Shown here piece after piece: positions 1 through 11,931 of a DNA stretch of 64,000 nucleotides; within the stretch, counting starts at the first letter, position 1; each line of letters starts with the position of its first letter. Location: positions 27,342,001-27,406,000 of the forward strand of contig OZ024745.1 of assembly GCA_964016885.1 (NCBI GenBank). The letters are read 5' to 3'. Made by a program: the position numbers and the translations under genes. Below the pieces are notes generated by a model. That model was given only the letters and a program-made list of their open reading frames with translations, was not told where the DNA came from and searched no databases. Source of the DNA: Eledone cirrhosa (taxonomy: Eukaryota).

Positions 1-1010
1 AGACTCCTCAAAAACTCCTTCCAGTGAATCCTGTTAAAAGCAATTGTCTTTAATTGATCCACCTGGATCCCTAAGCGAGACCAGCCTAGTTCATGGATGT
101 TATTCAACCATCTTGCTCAGGGTCTATCCCTGGGTCTCCTGCCAGTTGGTTTTGCCCATAAAATCTGTCCTGCCGTTCTTTCCTGAGACATTCTAACCAC
201 ACACCCATATATTGGATCTATGACCTCAATTCAGAGAAGTAGCAGCTCTACCTAGACCAACTCTCTGATCTCCATGCTGTGCACTCTATCACGTAACGTT
301 ACTCTAAAGACCCTTTGGAGGAACCCTATTTCAGCCACTTGTATTCACGATCATATTCTTTCGGTCATTACCCAAGATTCATGACCATAGGTAAGGGTTG
401 GCTCAAATAGCAAGTTTCTCTTTTACGCCTACCTCTCTTCTTCTGATGACCGAATGCTGAAACTAGCACATTACTGCACAAGCTCCTGCAATTCTTGCAC
501 TTAACTCAGCTTCCTGTCTTTTATCACTCATGAACATGGTCTCAAGATATTTGAACTTCTCTACCTACTTCATTGGAACTCCACATGTAAAATGCACTGA
601 GTGTCTCAGCTTTCACAGCAATGATTTTCATTCCTGCCATGCGACACTCAGAATCAAACCTATCAAGTGCAAGTCACAGATCATCTTCTGTTGAGTTAAG
701 TAACACCATGTCGTCTGCAAATTCCAGCCAACTGATTTTACACCTGCCAGTTGTGAAATCACATCCAACCCGACTGTGCATGTCAATCCTGTTCATGTAA
801 ATAATGAACTGGAGAGGTGACAGTACGAACCCTTGCCAGAGATTGATTCTCACATTGAATGGTTTTGATTGAGCACCATTTATCCAAACACAAATACTCA
901 AACCTTTGTATAGAGACATCAGTGCAACAAGAAGCTACCATCGATCCCATACTTCTGCAGAACCTTCCACAGTAGGTCCCAAGGAACATGGTCATATGCC
1001 TCTTCAAGGT
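1..1010 (-). mobile_element. Decayed RTE-clade LINE (RT C-terminal half to 3' end)
   Basis: QGFVLSPLQFIIYM and FADD motifs on the minus strand; homologous to 4540-5050 and 63490-63855. Confidence 0.8.
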
Positions 1011-1385
1011 CTACAAAACAAGATATATACCTCATATATATGTATGTATAATTTCAAAAAGGTGAGCAAAGACACTGGAAAAATGGACAAAACATATATA
1101 TATACATGTTGTGTATATATATATAAACAAAATTTGTTTTCGCTTTTATATATGTATATATATATAGAGAGAGAGAGATTTTACATATCTCTATACCCAC
1201 TCTACATCTCCCCATGTATCGAGTACTCACATGATTAATGGTCTTCTTGGATTCAGCACTGCAGATTCTCTCTCACTTTCTTTCCTTAGACCAAATGTCA
1301 GAAGTATCAACACTGTGATCTCTAGATTTGGAGAAGTAGGAGCACTACCTGGAGCAAATTCCTGATCTCTGATCTATATACCGAG

Positions 1386-1692
1386 CAGGGTTGGATTTAA
1401 AGGGAGGTAAAGGAGGCAATTGCCCCTGGCCCTCTGCAGTGGGTGGAGGGCACCAGTGACTGCCGTAGCAATTTATTTGTGCCCTCAGCTGGGCTTTTTA
1501 GTTTTAGGATGGTTGGTTAGAATTTTTGAATTTAACACCTGCATGAATAATTTTTCAATTCCAATTACTTGTGCCAAGCTAACTGTGATATGTAAATTGA
1601 GGGGTTTGCTGTGTACTCTAATATTTTGTGTATAAGGGGCGCCCCCAAACCTGAAGTGCCCTGGGACCCCCAAGGTTTAAAATCCAACCTTG
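1386..1692. mobile_element. hAT-type MITE
   Basis: Terminal inverted repeats CAGGGTTGGATTT / AAATCCAACCTTG. Confidence 0.55.
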
Positions 1693-1749
1693 ACATTGTG
1701 TAATGTACTCCAAAGCCAAAGACCCTTCACAGAAACCCCTGATTTCTGC

Positions 1750-2430
1750 AATAATTGTTTCTACACTTGACACAAGACTAACAATTTGAAGGGAGGGGAA
1801 AGTTGATTAAATTGACCCCAGTGCATTACTGCTACTTTATTTTATTGAACCCTAAGGATGTAAGGCAAAGATTTACACAGAACGTAAATGGCCATTACTG
1901 TATGAGGCAAAACGTATTGCATGCTGCTCTACGGATACTGTCAACCCCACATCCTAATTTCTACTATAGGCACAAGGCCAGAAATTGGCGCGGGGGGGGG
2001 GGGAGAGAAAGTGGATTAAATCGACTCCAGTGCATTACTGGTGCTTTATTTCATCGACCTCGTAAGGATGAAAGGCAAAGCTAACCTCGGCTGGATTTGA
2101 ACTCAGAACGTAAAGGGGCATAACTCTATGCTACAAAGCATGGTTTCTGATTTAGGCACAAGCCCAACAATTTTGAGAAAGGGTACTGGTACTGTATTTT
2201 ATCGACCCTGTAAGGATGAAAAGCAAAGCCAACTACGTCGGTATTTGAACTCAGATTAAATCGCCCACAGTGTAATACTGGTGCTTTATTTTACCGACCC
2301 TATAAGGATGAAAGGCAAAGCTGACCACGTCGGGATTCGAACTCAGAACGCAAAGGACCGTAATTATATTATATGCCGCAAAACGTTGTCCGTCGCTCTA
2401 CCATACTGTCAATCAACGGCCCTGATTTCT
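1750..2430 (-). mobile_element. Cluster of SINE family A fragments
   Basis: Repeated revcomp of the GCCTTTCATCCTTACGGGGTCGATAAAATAAAGTACCAG core. Confidence 0.8.
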
Positions 2431-3019
2431 GTAATAATTATTTCTATATCTATTATTTATTTATATAGTATTTATTGCTATCTGTGATAACAACAAAAAA
2501 ATAAATAAATAAATAACACGAAAAATAATTTGAAATTTCCGTAACTCAACATCGGTTATCATCGGCTGTAACTCGGTAGACTTCGTGAATAGTCGTTATA
2601 CTCCGCTTCCTCTGTTAAAGACGGGCGTCAGTTTACCTTCATTCACAATTTCTTCCTAATATACTTTATTTTTTTCTATCAGACGTTGGATTATTGGAGC
2701 AAAAATGTATTCGGTAAATAATTATTTAGTTTATATATATATATTAATTATATATTTTTTTCAATTTTTACTTTTCTTTCAGAACCGTGTTTAAATAATT
2801 TTTTATTTTTAAAGCTTTTTTGTGGTTGCAAGGTTTTATCTTCATTAATGTCGCTTATTCGCAAATACCACATATGTCCGATTTTTACCATATTACATAC
2901 ATACACACACACTATATATATATACACACACACACACACATTAAAAGAACATATATATTTATGCCTGTATATAAAGAATATTTGGAATCCGGCTTTCTGT
3001 TTTCATTGAAGTAAAGAAG

Positions 3020-3053
<34 letters not shown>

Positions 3054-3392
3054 TCTTAGTGCAAGAGTACCTAACACATGTTAATGCGTTTAATCTGTAG
3101 GGAATACTTATATGATTTATGTATATATATTTATTAATGTCGGTTGTGGTAAACCCTTACAAAAGATCGATCTCTACCATATTAACTTCATTGTACCATA
3201 TTACTTTCATTGTATGCCCTTACGTTCTTTAACGGGAAAACCATTCCACTAATATATATATTAATGGAATGGTTTTCCCGTTATATATATATACACACAA
3301 TATAAATTAGCGATATGTATATTTATGTGTGTGTAATAAATCTTCGAATTCCAACAAATGTTGCCTAGTTTTCCTAAGTACTTTGTTCACAC

Positions 3393-3430
<38 letters not shown>

Positions 3431-4539
3431 ATTTATTTATTTATTTATTCACAGTATAAATTGGCCATGTATATATATTTACGCAACCATATATTTAAAA
3501 CATTTGAGCAAATATTTATTATTAGCACAGTGAATGGGTGAAAGCGGAAATTGTTTGCTTAAACCTTTAATCTCTGCTGGTGGTAATTAAAGACAATCAC
3601 TGACTGAAAATAATTTCGTTTTGTTAAACCTTCCAGATTCCATGTCTTTTGATCGACCTTTACAAACAATGCGTATGTATCATCAGTATTCTAAGTATTC
3701 TTTCCTGATGATTTCATACTAATGAAACAGTTCTAGTTCTGTAGAAGTCTTTCTCTCTCTCTCTATAATGTTTGTGTGTGTAAAGATTAACAAGGATTTA
3801 AATTAAATCATTTAATTGATTTACGACCTTTTCGTTAGAATAAACACTTATATATATATATATATATGTGTATATATATTTGCTGATTTATATATATATA
3901 TATATATATATAAATCAGCAAATATTTGTATGTATTTTTATTTAATGGCTTTACTACTCCCTTCACATCGTAAATAAATTGTGGATGTCGTTTGTAGCAG
4001 TTGTAGTAGCAACACATTGCTACAAACTACACGACAGCAACAACTGTAACATAAACATGTTGATTGTTATAATACTAGTATTTCATCAGTCGATGACCTT
4101 CCATTTTATTTCTTTTTCTTATCATTTGAAACATATATATTTTAGGGGTCAGACCAGGCCAGATGTTGAGGGGTTTGAGCGGTAGATTGAGATGGGGGGC
4201 GGGGGATTCTCGTTTTGAGTTTTCTTCTGTTGTTTTTGATTCTTGAACGTGCACTCAACATGTACATGTGTATGCCCATAACCCATACACGAATAATATA
4301 TTTATAACTGATTACTAAAATACTTTAAAATGGGACCTATATTTTACAAATTTTGGTAGTGGTGGGGCTGTTTTGCATCGAGCCTCTGGCCTGTTATCAG
4401 CTTTGCACAGGCATGTTGAGGACAACGTCTTTATAAGCGGTAGTTGTTTAACTTCGAATTATGATCAAAGAAACATTTTTTTAAAAATATGGTATGATTT
4501 GACTGCTGTGTCTAGCAGGTCGATCGATCACCACGTAGA

Positions 4540-5050
4540 AGCTTCTTCTTAGTCCACTTATTCCTGGGAGGAGCGTGGGGTCAAATACTCAATCCAGTGG
4601 GTCCTATCAGGAGCAACTGTCTCCAATTGATCCGGCTGGATCCCCAAGCGAAACCTACCGATCTCATGGATGCTATCTAACTATCTTGCTTGTGAACTAC
4701 GTCAGGGCCTCCTGACGGTTGGTTTTGCCCTTGAAATCTGTCCAGCAATTCTTTCTTTAGACATTCTAACTACATGTCCTGTCGTATCGGAGCTGTTATC
4801 TCTCAATTCAGAGAAGTAGCGGCTCTACCTGAAACGACTCGTTGATCTCCGAGCTACGCACTCTGTCGAGTTACATTATTCTGAAAACTCTTTCGAGGAA
4901 CCCTATTTTAACCGCTTGTATTTGCGATCTTATTCTTTCGGTCATTACCCAAGATTCATGACCATAGGTAAAGGTTGGCATGGATGCTGAATTGAAGGTA
5001 GGTTTGGTTTTTACACCTACCTCCCTTCTGATGACCGAATACTGGCGAGT
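4540..5050 (-). mobile_element. RTE LINE 3' fragment
   Basis: TYGHESWVMTERIRSQIQA..IGFL motif. Confidence 0.8.
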
Positions 5051-6254
5051 GTAGGAACAATGTTGTATGTGTGCGTACATATGCATATATATATATATAA
5101 ATGAAAAGTATAGAAATTTTTGTAGCAAGAAGCCAATAGTATTCCATAATATATATATATATAGATCAGCAACTTTCTATTTTGTATTAGTCACATTAAA
5201 TAGTATTTATAATTTTGCCTATGGTCCGCATGGTCTTATCTAAATATATGAACATTTGAAAAGGTTTGGGGCTCAGAGATAACACCTCAATGGCTAGCCT
5301 GCTGTCTACTTATTTCCGGCTCCTTTTATAGATAGCAGGGTAGGATAAATATAGTGTTGTGTAGTGTTCAGGAGGCTTATGTGGTTTGTTGAAATACCAC
5401 CAGTGTACGGACACCACTTTGTTTTGCATAATATGCTGCACAATTCAGTGAGAACTAGGTGCTATTTATGAAACGTATTATTGGTTATGGGGCTAAAAGA
5501 GGAATGGTCATGGCTGGAAAGCCGTAAAAACCGAGCGCCCCCACAGATCCTTTTGAGAAGTGTATGATCACATTATCTGACCTGGCAACGTGACAACTCG
5601 TCTAACCGGAAATAGACGTGAAACGTGTGATGGTGATGATAGATATATTCTATTAGTTGTGAGACGATAAAGATATTTCTAATAATATACAGTATTTGAT
5701 GGCTTGTAAGGCGCGCTTCAATTTGGGCAGGCATTAACAAATAAATGGGTTTAAACCACAATGTCAGTTGAAGGGTATACAGTTTGTACATCGCATTTGT
5801 TTATCATTCTACATCGTAATTTTAGTTGTAATATTTTAGTACATTTTAAAAAACATCAGGAAATGTGAAAATATATTTACATTATTCTCTACATCGTATT
5901 TTTTGTTGAAATATTTAGCATTTTTTAAAAAATAAAACAAAGAAAATAAATTTATTTTATTTATCATAAAATTTATCAAAATTGTAGCTTTTTTAGAAAA
6001 GTGTTGTCATTGTTGGTGGAGAAGCGATCGCCCCCTTGTTTACATTTGCGGTTTTTCTGCTGGTATATATTTATGATAGAATCTGGTCGTTCAAGGTGAT
6101 TTGGATGATTTAGCATAAAGTCAAAATTCTATCAAGGTGTACCTGCTACTAGTAGTAACATGTCATTCGGTACAACCTGTCACTGCTCAATACATGTGGT
6201 TTCACTCACAAAGTTGGCTTAAAAACCATTGATAATTACACAATACTTCGGCAA

Positions 6255-6495
6255 TGCTGGTAATAGTCATTGCCTCCGTCTCTCTCGCTCTCCCCGTATC
6301 TCACTATTACAAGCAAAAGGGGGTCCCCGCACTGTCCGCCCCAGCGGGCAGATTCGAAGGCGTTACTCCGGAGGGTGGTGAGGGAGTCGCGTTGGAAGAG
6401 CCATCCCAGCTCACGAGGCTCTCCCCTGCGGGTAGCCAACTCCATACCGATGGTGGTGAGTAGGGAGGCGGTCTTCGGGCCAAGGACACCAGAAG
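6255..6495 (-). mobile_element. Fragment of an RLE-type (CRE/NeSL-like) non-LTR retrotransposon 3' end
   Basis: REL.WLFQR.SL...R.NA motif; same family at 34660-34875, ~39850-39935 and 62470-62870. Confidence 0.65.
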
Positions 6496-6529
<34 letters not shown>

Positions 6530-6858
6530 TTTTTCTCTCTCTCTCTTTTTCTCTCTTTCTCTTTCTCTATTAAAAAATTACAAGTTTGAAGAACTATTAG
6601 ATACAATATATACAGTATTTCCTCTCCTAGTTCGTATTTGCAATTTTATATATAGCTCTGATTAATGATTATTTGCTTAATTAATTCTTCATTGAGCCAC
6701 ATCGTGAAAGGTAGCCGAACTCATATATGTATCTGACTATGTCTAATTATATAGATATATCCCTTTGAATTTAATATATAAAGTCACTATTTTGATGCCT
6801 CTTGTTTTCTGGAAGTATGGTCAAATTTGGACCTTGAAGCCTTGGGTATCGCTTTTGT

Positions 6859-6894
<36 letters not shown>

Positions 6895-6929
6895 CTATCA
6901 ACTTGCAATCACAAGGCTACTACAACAAA

Positions 6930-7860
6930 GCTTTATCGGACCTGGAGGGATTGAAATCAATACGGGACCTGAGTAGTGACATGAGCAGTAATGCATCTTT
7001 TCATGCACACATCACCAAAACGGCAGCAATGTCCATTCGACTTTCAGGACAAGAGGCCTGTAAACCATATTGGTCCTCTAGAGGACATTTGTCCTCAGCC
7101 GACTTGACTATTGTTCTCAGCTGTTGTTGCACCACAGTGTCAAACTAACCGCAGAACTTGAAGCTACAAGAAGATTGCCTCAATGAAGGAGATGAACCAC
7201 TGAGAGAGACTGAAAGAACTAAAGCTTTATTCCCTGGAACGAAGACTTGAGATACATATAGTGATATACATATAGTGATATACATATAGTGTGATATACA
7301 TATAGTGATATACATATAGTGTGATATACATATAGTGTGATATACATATAGTCATATACATATAGTCATATACATATAGTCATATACATATAGTCATATA
7401 CATATAGTCATATACATATAGTCATATACATATAGTCATATACATATAGTCATATACATATAGTCATATACATATAGTCATATACATATAGTCATATACA
7501 TATAGTCATATACATATAGTCATATACATATAGTCATATACATATAGTCATATACATATAGTAATATACATATGGAAGGACTAGCAAAAAACTTTGGCAT
7601 TGGGAGCTGGACCAATCGTCGAATAGGGCGCCACTGTGTAGTGCCAAAGGTCCCTTCCTTCTAGTGTAGAGTAAGGACTATATATTGCAATATCCTGGAA
7701 TTCAAAGACCCCTGCTCTTCAAAAATCTGCACTACCCCCACCCTCCCCCAGATCTCGATGGGGTGGATGTAGTGTTTTCAATAAACATCTCAACATTCTG
7801 TTAACAAAGATCCCAGACGAGCTCACAGCACAAGATGCAGTACTAATATGGGCAGCAGTG
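6930..7860 (+). mobile_element. Decayed CR1/L2-like LINE 3' fragment interrupted by a minisatellite
   Basis: IRDL...MSSNASFHAHI and LKELKLYSLERR-like segments. Confidence 0.6.
7251..7573. repeat. 14-bp minisatellite (CATATACATATAGT)n, >20 units
   Basis: Direct tandem array expanded inside the LINE fragment. Confidence 0.95.
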
Positions 7861-7984
7861 ACAAACTCACCCTTACAGGTTGGACTGGATGCTTTTTGTC
7901 GTGTCATCAATCTGACCACTTTACAGAGTGGACTGTTTATTGTCGTGTTACCATCGTGACCACCGTACAGTGTGTATTGGGTAC

Positions 7985-8023
<39 letters not shown>

Positions 8024-8188
8024 CACACACACATATGTGTGTAGGGGGAGGGAGGTTGTGAGTTCGATCCTTGGACCAAGAGATGTGTTGTGTCCTTGAG
8101 CAAAACAGTTTATTTCACGTCGATCCAGTTTACTCAGTTGTAGAAATGAGTTGCGACGTCACTGGTTGCCAAGCTGTATCGGCCATTG

Positions 8189-8230
<42 letters not shown>

Positions 8231-9027
8231 CAATGGCCGATACAGCTTGGATTTTAGTCTTCAAATTTATTATTATTACTATATATATATATATATATAT
8301 AGTAATAATAATAAATTTGAAGACTAAAATCCAAAGAGGGCGCGATATATATATATATATATATATAAAATCAAGGTTTAGCAAATAGAGAAAAAGTTTT
8401 AAAATAAATTTTAAAAAGTTTGCTGTATTTACTATATGTACCCTTACCGCGCGGTTTCAAATCCCAAAATAAGTGGATAATCCAGGCGGACCACCATTGA
8501 GAAGGGGATTCTCGTCAGAAGGTTCTTCTCGCTCGGAGAATATAAAATTCCCGAGTTCAAATCACAAACTGGCGCCATACAAAACTGTTCCCAGATGAGA
8601 GTGAATGGGGAAGGGACCAATTTTGTCTAGTGCCGTGTGTAAAGACAGAAGGCAGGGGCGGGCAAGTCAATGTCCTGCCACTAGAAATAGCTGCAGTTCA
8701 AACGACCAAAATGTTATCTCAACCTTAGGGGAGATTAATAATAATAAAGTATGTGTTCCTACGTGTAAAAAATACATATAGGGATACAAGTATTATCCAA
8801 CCGTATGCCAATGTGGTTCTATGGCAGGTTAATAAATTAACGAGCCAGAACATATAAAATCAAGGTTTAGCCAATAGAGAAAAAGTTTTAAAATAAATTT
8901 TAAAAAGTTTGATATATATATATATATATATATCAAACTTTTTAAAATTTATATATATAGCATGTGCCCCCTGCTTGCCACACCCTAGCTACGCCACTGT
9001 ATATATATATATTTATATATATATATA

Positions 9028-9846
9028 CAGTGGCGTAGCTAGGGTGTGGCAAGCAAGGGGCACATGCCACGGGCGCCATATTTAGGGGGGGGGGGCAATT
9101 TCGACCTAGATCGATTTACACCCATGTCGTTTTTATCATTTTTAAAAATATAAGCCAAAAATGAAGCATGTGATTTCTTGATAGCCGACTTCCACGCTAT
9201 GTCTAGTGCACTAGACAGAGCAGATGTCTGATTTGACTTCACAAAAACGGAATTCAATTTGACTCCAGTTTAGATGGTTCAATGTTTTCTTCTATAATAC
9301 AGTTCGTCTGAATTTACTAAATCGTATCCAAAAAACAAGATACTATGGTATGCTGATTGATTCGACCCCTGACCAGGCGCACCGAGAACAACTGTCAAAA
9401 GTTGTGCGATATGTCGATGTTGATTTCAATACCAAGACGGTCGTTGTGAGGGAATCTTTTCTTGGATTCATTCAAGTAATCAAAAAAGATGCCGCAAGCC
9501 TTGTTGAAACAATCGTGAAAGAGCTAGAAAAAGATGACCTACTGCAGAACTGTCGATCGCAGTGCTACGACAATGTTGCCATAATGGCTGGGCACCGCAG
9601 TGGGGTTCAGCTGAGAATGAGAGAGAAGAATAATTTGATTCACTTCGTTAATTGCGATAACCATTCACTTAATCTGGCTGGTCTTCATGCAGCCAAAAAA
9701 CGATTCTGCTATGATGAGCGTTTTCAGTTGCATTGACTCGTTATACAACTTTTTTTCTCGTTCGACACGACGATGGGAAGCCCTTAAAGAAGTTGCTCCA
9801 ATTTTGATGCTTGACCTGGGTGCCGTTTACCCTAGCTACGCCACTG
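9028..9846 (+). mobile_element. Internally deleted hAT DNA transposon with transposase remnant (9350-9800)
   Basis: TIRs CAGTGGCGTAGCTAGGGT at both ends, inserted in (TA)n; DSTPD..HREQLS..VRYV, SQCYDN..IMAG and FVNC.NHSLNL motifs, frameshifted. Confidence 0.9.
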
Positions 9847-9932
9847 TATATATATATACACATTATCCAAAATGAACTTAAAACGATAAGTTCTTGTTTT
9901 TGGATATGTCAATATTTATAAATCAATTTTTG

Positions 9933-9991
9933 TATTTTATCTGATGAGTGTACCAAAATTTTGGTACGCTTGAAATATATATAATAAAATA
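9933..9991 (+). ncRNA. Minimal type-I hammerhead ribozyme motif (repeat copy 1)
   Basis: TATTTTAT-CTGATGA-GTGTACCAA/TTGGTACGC-TT-GAAA-TATATA-TA-ATAAAATA; 8-bp stem I, palindromic stem III. Confidence 0.7.
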
Positions 9992-10011
9992 AATATGGTT
10001 TTATAAAGATA

Positions 10012-10446
10012 TGCCAATGTACCCATGGGAGGTCGGGTACCCTGTATTACTGCGTGACGCCAGAAGTCACGGTCATGACACACGACCGTGACTTCTGGCG
10101 TCACGCAGTAATACAGGGTACCCGACCTCCCATGGGTACATGCTGAAGCATATAAACAATATGCCCCCCCCCCCACCGCAAGGTGGTCGTGGAGGTGCCA
10201 CGGCAAAAAAGCACCCAGCCCACACTGTAAAGTGGACGTGTAGGCGCCACGAAAAAGCACCCAGCACTCACTGTAAATGAGGTTGGTGTTAGGAAGGGCA
10301 TCCAGCTGTAGAAATCAAGCCAGATCAGTTCCTGTATGAGCAAGGCATGGTCAGCCGACCAGACACTGCCCACAACAGGACAACCCGTCTAACCCATGCT
10401 AGCGTGGAAGAACGGACGTAAAACGGTGATGATGATGATGATGATG
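10012..10446 (+). mobile_element. Truncated SINE family B (RTE-type (GAT)n tail) with a 58-bp 5' foldback, inserted into hammerhead element copy 1
   Basis: TSD AAAGATA at 10005-10011 and 10447-10453; GTTAGGAAGGGCATCCAGCTGTAGAAA core. Confidence 0.75.
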
Positions 10447-10534
10447 AAAGATAGTTTCCATGTATTAATATCATTGATATATATATACCAATTTTAAACT
10501 AGTAAATCAGTCATTATACAGCAGAGTATGACGG

Positions 10535-10747
10535 TGGATTGGCAGAATCGGTAGAGCGTCGGACCAAATGCTTTGCGGCATAGAATTACGATACTTTACA
10601 TTCTGATTTCAAATCCAGTCGAGGTTAGCTTTGCCTTTCATCCTTACAGGGTCGATAAAATACCAGTAAGTACTAGGGTCGATTCAATCGACTTCCCCCC
10701 CTTCCTCTTCAAATGGCTGGCCTTGTGTCTAAAGTAGAAACAATTAT
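10535..10747 (+). mobile_element. SINE family A copy
   Basis: GGATTGGCAG head with pol III boxes, GCCTTTCATCCTTAC core and GTAGAAACAATTAT tail; further copies at 14363-14545, 37175-37355(-), 40478-40665, 50420-50785(-) and 63013-63200. Confidence 0.85.
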
Positions 10748-10841
10748 ACAGCAGAGTACTCGATATTTGGGATAGTCGAGTATATATATATAAATATATA
10801 TAAATGATATTAATAAATGGAAACCATATTCTATAAAACCA

Positions 10842-10902
10842 TATTCTATTATATATATGTCAAGGGTACCAACACTTTGGTACGCCCTCATCAGATAAAA
10901 TA
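10842..10902 (-). ncRNA. Hammerhead motif copy 2, core mutated (GAAA to GACA)
   Basis: Minus strand: TATTTTAT-CTGATGA-GGGCGTACCAA..TTGGTACCCTT-GACA-TATATA-TA-ATAGAATA. Confidence 0.55.
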
Positions 10903-11211
10903 CAAAATTTGTTTGATAAAAATTGACATACCCAGGAATCGGACCTTAACGGTTCACGCTCCGTTTGGATATTATACTCCAGAAAACTGTCGAGTGCTTC
11001 GAATCTGTTATAAATATATTTGTTGAATTACCAACAAATTAAATATCTCTTTGCTTATATATATATATTAGAATATAAATATTAATAAAATAGATGTTCT
11101 TTTGATCAATTACATTTTATTATACATATTTCGGATGTACTGTTGTACAACTACTGTAAAACTCATTCTTTGATATACTCATTGAATTTTGTTTAACTCT
11201 TCAATATATAT

Positions 11212-11261
<50 letters not shown>

Positions 11262-11610
11262 GATCGAGTATCGAAAAATCGGCGCACGAGTTCACGATAA
11301 ACGAAATTCGATATGAGCGGCAGAGGGCTCAATAATTCAGATGAATCAGAGCTATAACTATCGTTAAAATACCGTCACATATAGAACAAGTCTACAATCA
11401 ACCATACGATTTAAAATCGATAAAGGAAGATTCGGGCCAAACAGATAAAAAATATCAATAAAACAATACGTCAATAATTTAAATATATATATATATATAT
11501 ATATATGCAAAAGTTCAATTTAAAGTTGTTGGGATACAGACAGCCTCCAAAAGTAATGGTTGTATTTTAAAAGGGTACGTCAAAGCTATTTGTAAAACTG
11601 TTATATATTG

Positions 11611-11675
11611 TATTTTGTCTGATGAAGGCATACCATAATTTAATGTGGTATCCCTGAAATATGTATAATGAAATA
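11611..11675 (+). ncRNA. Hammerhead motif copy 3
   Basis: TATTTTGT-CTGATGA-AGGCATACCA..TGGTATCCCT-GAAA-TATGTA-TA-ATGAAATA; compensatory changes in stem II. Confidence 0.7.
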
Positions 11676-11907
11676 AATATGGTTTTATAAATATAGTTTC
11701 CATTTATTAATATCGTATATATATATATATGTGTGTGTGTGTATGTGTATATATGTGTGTATGTGTGTATATCTATGTGTGTGTATGTGTGCATATCTAT
11801 GTGTGTGTGTATATCTATATGTATGTTTGTATATATATATATATACATGCGTATGTATGTATGATTGTGTGTGTGTGTGTGTATATATGCATATTTAGGT
11901 TAAGACG

Positions 11908-11931
11908 TGACGTCACCATGCATTGACGTCA
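11908..11931. promoter_or_regulatory. Two perfect CRE/ATF palindromes (TGACGTCA) 8 bp apart
   Basis: TGACGTCA ccatgcat TGACGTCA at 11908-11915 and 11924-11931. Confidence 0.5.

Noticed and set aside
9350-9875. Zinc-finger MYM-like host gene
   Set aside because: It lies between hAT TIRs and is frameshifted and internally deleted, so it is a transposase remnant.
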